A stretch of 64,000 nt of DNA from Octopus sinensis. Lineage: Eukaryota. Below, in pieces: positions 54,499 through 64,000 of this stretch (position 1 is its first letter; every line of letters starts with the position of its first letter). The translations under genes and the position numbers were made by a program. The notes below the pieces were generated by a model. The model did not search any database, was not told the DNA's origin, and was given only the letters and a program-made list of their open reading frames with translations. The DNA lies in NCBI RefSeq assembly GCF_006345805.1, contig NC_043011.1, positions 50,542,464 to 50,606,463 on the forward strand. The letters run 5' to 3'.

Positions 54499-54914
54499 TA
54501 TGTATGCATGTATGCATGTATGTATGTATGTATGTATGTATGTATGTATGTATGTATGTATAAGGGGTGGAATATCAAGGCTACCACTGGTTTCATTTTA
54601 AGAAGATATCTCAAGAAAATATCTCGCGTAGAAAAATTGGTGTTCGTCTCAATTTTGGATTAACACACGAAAAATTACGGAAAATCACAATAAAAGCTTT
54701 TATATCCTGCCACAGGTTGGTATAGATAAAGTTAGGTAGCAGAGGTTTAATCAATGTGTTCACACGATGTACTTCGCAAGACTACAAAACGCTCTCGCCG
54801 ACAACTACTCTTTATAAGAGTTCGGCTAGTCCATTCTTTCAATCCCCCAGGGGTGTCAATGACTCTCACCACAACATCTCCTCCTCTGAAATTGACTTCT
54901 GTTGGAAGTTAATA

Positions 54915-57352
54915 TTATTATTACCTCTGCCTTAGCGAAGTGGGAGGTATTGTTTTCAGTTGCGTTTGTTTGTTTGCTTGTATGTCCCAGGATAAGATAT
55001 CTCAAGAACCGCTAAATGGATTCGGATGAAACTTTCATGGATGTTCGGCCTTGTAACTAGCACGAACTGATTAAATTTTGGGATCGACCGGACACCGGAC
55101 AAGGAATCTGGATTATTTTTCTGAGTTTTTTTTTTTACTTAATTTTAGAGAGCGGTCGTGTTCATTTTTAGTATTCTCGTTTGTGAAAGCAGTCGAGTTC
55201 ATTTCAGATATTAGCATTTTAAAAATCATTCCTGGCTAATCGTTGAGAGAACGTTAGTGTTGTAGTGGAGTCATGTGATTTCCTGTTGCATTTGATGTGT
55301 ATTCGCTTCATGTGAGTCTTGTTGTTGTTTAAATTGTTGAAGGTCTACCGCAGCTAATTGTTGCATTACTGAATTGTTAAATTCATTGTTACCTGTGAAT
55401 TTTTATTTCCTTCCCCATTTATGGGTGAAGTTGTGAATAACAACATTATGGAAAGTCAACCAATTCCAGCAGGCAGTTATGCTGCAGTAACTGGGAATAG
55501 TCTAACGGCAGATATCCTGCAAGTAAGAGAAATTCGACTGAACGACACAAATTTTAAGAAATATAATGAATTGTTACGAAAGGAGGGAGTCAGCATGATG
55601 CTGACCCGCCCAAGGAAATGATGGAAAAAAAACAGAAAAAAAGACAGTAATATTCAGAACACTGTCTATCGCTACAAAAAGAGTTGAAATAGCTGCAGCA
55701 GAGGCAATCGAAGAATGCTTGAAAGAAATCAAAAGCCTAACTAGGAAAGAAATATGGCACAATGGAGGTACGCTTCACGAGTGAACAAGAAGTGATAAAA
55801 CACTCCACTGCGCCTTTGAGATCAACTGAGTGGGTACTACTACCAACCTACTGTGTCAAACGTGCGGCCAGAGTTAGGATTGGTAGAGTACCCCCAGAAA
55901 TTGACGAGGCGTGACTGGTGGCAGCCATCCTCTATAATACAGAAGAGGAAACTGAAATACTTAAAATCACAAGAACTACGGAGGTGAACTGTGTGGATAC
56001 GGCCTTGAGATGACGGTCCACATCAATTTACCAGACCTCCACAAAATTGCAGAGGAATTAGTGTTACCGGACAAAATGAAGCTAAGACCTTCCATATGTT
56101 TTTAGTGTGGAATACGGAGACACATGAAAGCTAAGTTCCCCAGAAACACGAAGAGGAGGCGACGGAGATGGAACAGCAAGAAGAGGTATGGAAGAAAGAT
56201 ACACAGTGATGAAGAGGAAGAAAAGACAAGAAAATGCGGACTCACCACCAAAGAGTCCCGTGAAGAAAAGAAAAGGAAGAGTAGAGGAGAGACAAGGGTT
56301 ACCAAAAGGAGGAAAAGCGAACGAACAGAAAAGAAACGAGATGTCGGCAAAATTAAACGAGAAAGATGAAGAGAGAAAACAGAGAGTGATACCAGCAACT
56401 AGCACGGAGGAGAAAGTAAAAGGACAGGGAAAAAGGAAGATAGAAGAGAACTGACAACAACATCGAGAGAGAGACAAACAGAGAAGGAAGTAATGGAAAC
56501 GCCAGCAACAGCAGCCGTCCGAGAATTTGGACCTGGAGATTTCCATTTCCAGCGACTTCGTGGGCTGCCTCCCAGTGCTGTCAGGCGTCAACGAAAAACC
56601 CTCGACAACAACAAGACGACCAAAGTTTTTTTTTTTTTCAAGGTCTGGGGTCTCCCGCCCCTAAGTCCTAGACCATCACCTAATCACCCTTATCCGTCTT
56701 GTTGCTTAACAACAATAACAACAACAACAACAACCAGCAACAGCAGAAGGGATTGGTGATGGAAATCAAAAAGTAACACTGACGGGAAAACATTTAAGAA
56801 CTGATACAGGACAGAAAAATGTGGAAATTGGAAAAAATGATCACGAAAATGAAAAATGTAATAAGGGTGAAGTTAGTTCCCAGGGAGTGCAATGAAGGAT
56901 TTAATGCAGTCTTGCTTGTAAAAGAGAAGTGTGAAAGATTGACGGAACTATTCGGGGAAATGATAGAGATATTACCGTTACAGTTTCGATTCAATGAGTT
57001 GCCACCGGTGATGGTATTTGATGACATAGTAGAATATCTAATATAAAAGAAAGTGAAATATTTAAAATTTTTAAATCAGGACTTTTTTTTTAATGACGGG
57101 GAAAAAAGAATAATGAACTGTGAGATACATAAACAGTAAAATAGAACTGCCTGCTTGTGGGGGACAGGTAAGTCATTTCATCTCATTTATCAGTTATTCA
57201 TAATTTCATCCGTTATGTTTTGTGTATCCCACTGTATTGCTTCATCTGTCTTTGTATTGTCCTATCTTTATAAGAAGCCTTGTGCCTAATAAAAGAAATC
57301 AGGACGTTGGTGTTGCCTTGGCGGAGATTTGCCTTCTCTGAGTACTCTTGTT
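54915..57352 (+). mobile_element. Helentron-like (HINE-type) non-autonomous element, about 2.4 kb, with internal cargo
   Basis: 5' ttattacctctgccttagcgaagtgggaggtattgttt hairpin end; 3' ccttggcggagatttgccttctctgagtactcttgtt end; typical gatatctcaagaac..ggattcggatgaaactt body. Confidence 0.65.
55420..57300 (+). pseudogene. Degenerate Tx1/L1-type ORF1 (gag-like, zinc knuckle) followed by a Tx1-like 3'UTR, no ORF2
   Basis: LLPTYCVKRAARVRIGRVPPEI, RPSICF*CGIRRHMKAKFP (decayed CCHC), K/R/E-rich tract; 3' end ttgtattgtcctatct...gccttgtgcctaataaaagaaat resembles the Tx1 end at 1215. Confidence 0.6.
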
Positions 57353-57870
57353 TTTATTTATCTTTACGTAGTCACTTTTATATCCTGACGACTCGTTGTC
57401 AGATGTTGTAACGTAATTGTTACCCGACTCTTGAGTAGTATTGTTAGTTTTTTTGTACATAGCACTCGTATTTCTCATTGTACTAAGTACTCTTGTGATT
57501 AGTACAACGGACTTTAGTGCGATTTTTTAACCCCAAGAAGACATCTCCCCTAGCTGGTTAACACTTCACAGCTGTATCCGATATATTGTGAGCAGGGGAA
57601 TCGAACCCTTACCACATTCTAGCGATGGAACCAATACACAGTAATTCGAACAACTACCATTACAGCAGCTTACGGGTTCGGCGCGAGTTCAGCGCGGAAC
57701 TAACACACCGACTCTTACCGACTTCTAGCAAAACTCTTCGACGACTTCTGCTGACTTGCCGCCTTTTCACGGGACATTATAGGTATTTTACTGGTGGTAA
57801 TTTGGCTGCCGAGCGTGCAACTTCTACCAGCTTTCACCAACTTCTCGATGTCCTGGTGCATGCAACAGGT

Positions 57871-58276
57871 ATTATATAGGCTCTGGAGTGGCTGCATGGT
57901 AAGTAGATTGCTTACCAATCACATGGTTCCGGGTTCAGTCCCACTGCGTGGCACTTTGGGCAAGGTATCTTCTACTATAGCCTCGGGACGACCAAAGTCT
58001 TCTGAGTGGATTTGGTAGACGGAAACTGAAAGAAGCTCGTCGTATATATGTATGTGTGTGTGTGTGTGTATCTGTGTTTTCCCCCCCAACATCGCTTGAC
58101 AACCGATGCTGGTTTGTTTAGGTCCCCGTAACTTAGCGGTTCGGCAAAAGCGACCGATAGAATAAGTGCTAGGATTACAAAGAATAAGTCCTGGGGGTCG
58201 ATTTGATTCGACTAAAGGCGGTGCTCCAGCATGGCCGCAGTCAAATGACTGAAACAAGTAATAGAGTAAAAGAGTA
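57871..58276 (+). mobile_element. tRNA-derived SINE (19797 family) with 18-bp TSD
   Basis: ctggtgcatgcaacaggt at 57853-57870 and 58277-58294. Confidence 0.92.
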
Positions 58277-58809
58277 CTGGTGCATGCAACAGGTTTTTAC
58301 TGCGTTACACCATACCAGTAGCGCCCAAGAGCGACCTAACCTTGTAATGAAGAAGGCATTACGACCCTCTGTGTATATATAAGCACATTATCACATATCG
58401 AATACAAATTCGACACTGTGTTACGTCTAGCCACACTACATCTTGTTTCTGTTGCAAGCGACTTAGTTATGTCGCCATCAAAAGAGTTTTTTCTTATTAT
58501 TATTCTTTGTTTCTTTTGCAGGGTGGAAGCGGACGTTGCGTAGAAACGATGCATATGTAGCTCGAGTTCTTTGAGCTGTTGTCATGGATGATTACTTTGT
58601 GCGGAAGAATAAGGATGGGTATTAGTAGTGTGATTAAAAATTAAATTGAGATAACATTGAGATTATCATTAAGAAAAGTATGGCGGCAAGAGTGTAGAAA
58701 ACATAAATAAACTTTCGAGATACACCAAAGTTGATAGAAAGTTAAATTCGATGCAGCGAAGAAATATGAGAGGAAAATTCGTAACAGACTGAAATGGCCT
58801 CTTGTCACT

Positions 58810-59072
58810 GTGGGATGACGTCAGCAGCTGGACGTCAGCAGCCGGGTGCGTTGACCGGAAGCTGGAGCAACCGGAAGGGGTCAGCCGTCAGGCGTGCGCA
58901 GGGAGCGGGGAATTGCGCCTTTTTCCAAGGTGGGTCGAGTAGGTGACAAGACGTGTGAGGACGTCGCTAAGGGTTTGGGCTAGCAGCTGTTATCGTTAGT
59001 GTTCGGGTCGGGGCTGTGTGGAAGGACTAGTCACCACTGGAGGGTCTCCGTCACTAAGAAGAGAAGGTAGGT
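58810..59072 (+). promoter_or_regulatory. GC/CpG-rich island with promoter-type motifs (or LTR internal promoter)
   Basis: TGACGTCA 58816, GACGTCA 58831, CCGGAAG 58855 and 58871, GCGTGCGCA 58892, donor aag|gtaggt 59067. Confidence 0.35.
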
Positions 59073-60234
59073 GCCTCTATATTCAAATCGCGCACACACT
59101 ACAAGCTATTTCGGCCACTGTGCTTGGCTGGGTAGGATTGGTGATCACCGACACTACAGTCACACTACTTAGCTATTACACCTCCCAAAGATTACACTTG
59201 CCACTGCAAACCTTTATTTAATTTTTTTAACCATTTAAATATCAGAGTTTTCTCCCTTGTTGTTACCATCTTTATCATTTACAAGAATTGCTATTATATC
59301 TGATGATATTTCTTCTCATTAAGGCTATAATTTTAATCTTAATTAGAAATTAGTTTTGGTTAATTACATTAAAATATGTCAGTTTGAACTTAACTCTGCT
59401 GAGAATGAGATCACTGACAAGCAATTTAGTCACTCTGACTACTAACTATCACACACCCTACTGTGCTTCTCCATTTAATTATTAAACAACTTAAATTGGA
59501 GAATTCTCTCCCTTGCTTCCCGCTCTTTTGTTTTGTTTTTTTACAAGAATTTTTTATTAACGCTGACGGCTTTTTTCTTCATTGAAGCTATAACTTTAAT
59601 TTTAATCAAAAATTATTTTTGGTTGATTACATTAAATACGTTATCCTGAGCTTAAACTTAGCTGAGAAAGAGGTTGTCACGTACAACACAATCGATTGTT
59701 TGGTTGATTTAATGATATCACTTTCGCTGCAGTTCTCTAAAGCGACAGACAGACCAGTGGTGCATAATGAATAAACGTAAACCCTCCGGTAAACTTGGCT
59801 TCTATGGAAACCGAACTAGTGATGTATAAGTACCTTCCGCTCTTGTGTATACTTTCTATGAAAGGACATTGACCTCACATAACAACGTTAGACTACTCAA
59901 TTCAATGTAATGTATGCGAAAGAACAGTACAAAGCGAGATGACAGGCGGAAGCCGCCGAACAAATGTGATTGTCATCAACGACTTTTATTGCCAAACGTA
60001 AAATGTTCTGATAAATAATCTATTCAATAAATTACTGCCGTATATAAATGCTTTACCGATAAAAGAAGACGATACCATCTAAATAACTTGATCTATACCA
60101 TAAGTCATAGTATTTCTACTGCCGCTGCTGTTATTGTTGTGATTGCTGTTGCAATTTAAAACCAGCGTTCTGTTTTTTCCAGATATAGTTTATCTAGGAA
60201 TATATTATTCAAAGTATTCTTGCATTCTTTTATT

Positions 60235-60515
60235 ATTTTATTCTTTTACTTGTTTCGGTCATTTGACTGCAGCCATGCTGGAGTACCGCCTTTCGGGTGG
60301 GGGGGGCTTTTTTAAAATACTTTTTAGTCGAAGAAATCGACCCCAGGATTTGTTCTTTATAAGCCTAGTACTCATTCTATCTTTCTCTTTTGCCGAACCG
60401 CTAAAGTTATGGGGATGTAAAAACACCAAATTCAGTTGTCAAGCGATGGTGGGGGGACAAACACAGACACAAGGACACACACTCAAGTAAATATACACAT
60501 ACATACATACATACA

Positions 60516-60608
<93 letters not shown>

Positions 60609-60610
60609 CG

Positions 60611-60650
<40 letters not shown>

Positions 60651-60805
60651 ATATATGATGGTCTTCTTTCAGTTTCCGTATACCAAATCTACTCACAAAG
60701 CTTTGGTCAGCTCGAGGCTTAAGTAGAAGACACTTGCCCAAGGTGCCACGCAGTGGGACTGAACCCCGAACTATGTGGTTGGGAAGCAAGCTCCTTACCA
60801 CACAG
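60235..60805 (-). mobile_element. tRNA-derived SINE (19797 family) with expanded internal microsatellite
   Basis: Reverse complement of the family head and tail around (CATA)n(TA)n. Confidence 0.88.
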
Positions 60806-60914
60806 CCACGCCTGCATCTGACCTTCATTTTTAAAACAATAGGGTGCAATTTTAGTCGGATTTTCTTTCTTTTGGTGGTTGGATGGACGGAGACAATCCT
60901 ATTATCTTTATTTT

Positions 60915-61790
60915 TTTATCTTTTACTTGTTTCGGTCATTAGACTGCGGCCATGCTGGGGCACCGGCTTGAGAAATTTTATTCGAGCTAATCGATCCTGG
61001 GATTTCTTTTTTTTTTTTTTTTAATCTGGTACTTGTTCTGTCAGTCATTTTTGCCGAACTGCTAAGTTACGGGGACATAAGCACACCACCACCGGTTGTC
61101 AAGCGGTAGTGGAGAACAAACACACACACAAAGCCACACAAACGCACATACACGTGCGTACGTACGTACGTACGTACATACATACATACATACATACATA
61201 CATACATACATTCATACACACACACACACACATACATACATACATACATACTACATACATACATACATACATACTACATACACACAACACACACATACAT
61301 ACATCATACATACATACATACAATACATACATACATACACACATACATACATACATTCATACACCACACACACACACTACATACATACATACATACACAC
61401 ACATACATACATACTACATACCATACACACACACACATACACACATACATACACACATACATACATACATAACATACATACATACATCATACATACATAC
61501 ATACATACATACATACATACAATACATACATACATACATACACACACATACACACACATACATACACACACATACACATACATACATACACACACACACC
61601 ACACACACATACATACATACATACATACATACATGACAGGCTTCTTTCCGTTTCCGCCTACCAAATCAACTCGCGAGGCTGGTCGGTCCGAGGCTATGGT
61701 AAAAGACGTTTGCTCCATGTGCCATTCAGTGAGAGTGAACCCGGAACCATGTGGTTGGGAAGCAAACTTCTTACCACAGTCTCGCCTCAG
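60915..61790 (-). mobile_element. tRNA-derived SINE (19797 family), diverged, with about 500-bp (CATA/CA) expansion
   Basis: Family head near 61740-61790, tail near 60920-60960. Confidence 0.8.
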
Positions 61791-61984
61791 CTTATATTAT
61801 TTATCTTGTTTTCTTGTTTTACTCGTTGGACCGCAGTTATGTTGAGGCCCCGCTTTGAAAGGTTTGGTTGAACAAATCGACCCCAGGACTTAGCTTTTTA
61901 AAAACTGGTACTTGTTCTATTGGTCTCTTTTGTCGAATCAACACCGGTTGTGAAACGTTAATGAGAACAAACACAAACACAAAG

Positions 61985-62039
<55 letters not shown>

Positions 62040-62080
62040 ATGAGGTGGTGATAGACAGACGGACGGACAAGCAGACAGAC

Positions 62081-62147
<67 letters not shown>

Positions 62148-62165
62148 CAGACGGATAGACAGACG

Positions 62166-62207
<42 letters not shown>

Positions 62208-62211
62208 TAGA

Positions 62212-62341
<130 letters not shown>

Positions 62342-63261
62342 TGTAGATAGATATGTAGATAGATAGATATGTAGATAGATAGACATAAATACATATACAT
62401 GCATACATATTGATTAGTTTGACATGCGTATCTAATTTTTAGTTGATTCTTTATATGTGTCATTTAATTCTTATTTGAATTGTTGATTAACTTATCGTGT
62501 GTAACAATGTAATCGGGTTATAGGTGGTTAAGTTTATAATAATGAACCGCGTGCAAAATTTTAGCTCTATATATTCCCAGGCAGGTTAGACTGTATTTTT
62601 GCTACGAGCGTTTGACATTGTCGGAAATAATGATCTTGCCTATATGTGCCGAAACAACGTTGATATCTGTTAGGCAGCTGAAGAGGGAATATAAGTATAT
62701 TCCTTAGTTGGTTACGTTTCTGAGGCTAACGGATGTATTAAATACTATATATTTCTAGACATCATTGTTTATTGGTTTTATAAGTTTTAGTGATTAATTC
62801 TGATATTCATTTGTGGTGTTTATCTGTAGATTTATATCAGTTTTTCACATATTCTTAAGTTAGACATTTGATTCTGGAATTGTTAAAGATTTTTGGCTAA
62901 TTTATTTCATACCTTACCGGATTGTACTGGTTTAAGTTATTTAATTTTATGAACATAATTTTTAGTTGAGGAGTATGACTTTGTTAATTTATGAACATAG
63001 GATATATGTGTTACCTTCATACTTACATACATACATAAATTCGTACACACATGCACACATTTATACACACATGCATACATTTATATACATATTTACATGC
63101 TTAAATACATACATATATATATATGCATACATAGAAATAGAAATAAATACATGCAAGCATACATGCATACATATACACACATACATACATACATACATAT
63201 ATACACACATACACACATGCATACAAACATATATATATACATACATACATACATACATACA

Positions 63262-63292
<31 letters not shown>

Positions 63293-63369
63293 TTTATAAA
63301 TCAAAAAAAGAACTGAAAATCATTTAGATTTTCATTTGTTTGTGGATATGGATTTTAAAGATATTCTTT

Positions 63370-63820
63370 GCCATACACCAACCAGGTGTTAAGCATTACC
63401 GTTTCCGAAGAGAATATATTAAAATTTTTGCATTCGTGGAAAACATTAAGTTCTTATTTCTTCTGCAGACCTACTGGTTGCTTCGAGCATTTATTTAAAC
63501 TACGTTCGACTGAAGAAGTTTCAACAGAGATATCACAAATAATTATTGAAATTTATTTGTTATTCTCACAGAACGCATTTGAGATATTCAGATTAATTTT
63601 TAAAGAATTAATGGCAATTCCACTGCAGATGTTCCCATGTTCTGTCTAATTTTTTAATCAAAGATACGATATAAGTCAAAGGCTTCTGACGAAGAATTTT
63701 TTGTCTATCAACTTCACAAACATTTTAAGAATTTGGATCTTACAGAGACTCAAAAATATCGAAGATTTCAAATTATTTCAAATTATTCCATAATCTTTCG
63801 ATAATCACACGATTACTTAT
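63370..63820 (-). mobile_element. hAT transposase C-terminal remnant
   Basis: Minus ISVETSSVERSLNK resembles the hAT dimerisation motif; many stops. Confidence 0.4.
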
Positions 63821-63834
63821 CTCAGAAATTATGG

Positions 63835-64000
63835 AGGCGGTCATGGCTGTAAGAAGCTCGTTTTGAAACTACATCATTTCGGGTTCAGTCCCACTTCACG
63901 GCACCTTGGACGAGTGTCTTCTACTATAGCCCTCAACCGACCAATACTTTGTGAATGTCAGTGAATTTTGTTGATGGAAACTGTGCTGAAGCCTACCATG
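63835..64000 (+). mobile_element. SINE 5' part (19797 family), runs off the window
   Basis: gggttcagtccc...caccttggacgagtgtcttctactatagcc. Confidence 0.85.

Noticed and set aside
63368-63649. 93-aa + strand ORF
   Set aside because: Antisense shadow of a decayed hAT transposase fragment.

Overview
AT-rich, microsatellite-dense animal genomic DNA. Its tRNA-derived SINE families and repeat content point to an octopod cephalopod (inference). About 90% of the window is simple repeats and transposon debris (Tc1/mariner, hAT, Tx1, RTE, R4/Dong, CR1, Penelope-like, Helentron-like, SINEs), and nearly all ORFs in the supplied track are microsatellite or TE artefacts. The main result is absent from that track: a tandem duplication (<1-5828 and 10091-14288) carries two + strand copies of a five-exon gene for a 104-aa protein with a signal peptide, six cysteines and a GPI-type C-terminal signal. 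Copy B is complete (8342-13820); copy A lacks exon 1, which should lie upstream of the window. The compared intron differs by about 3-4%, whereas exons 2-3 differ at 25/194 nt, all in amino-acid-changing codons (20 of 61 mature residues, all Cys fixed). This suggests a rapidly diversifying cell-surface recognition protein, possibly with a neuritin/RGM-N-like fold. Secondary results: a (GATA)n-embedded Tx1 element, a solo LTR beside a micro-exon, several Penelope-type minimal hammerhead ribozymes (one in a 165-bp fold-back), an ORF1-only Tx1 derivative inside a Helentron-like element, a twin-primed RTE, a chimeric SINE and a SINE/LINE shared 3' tail.
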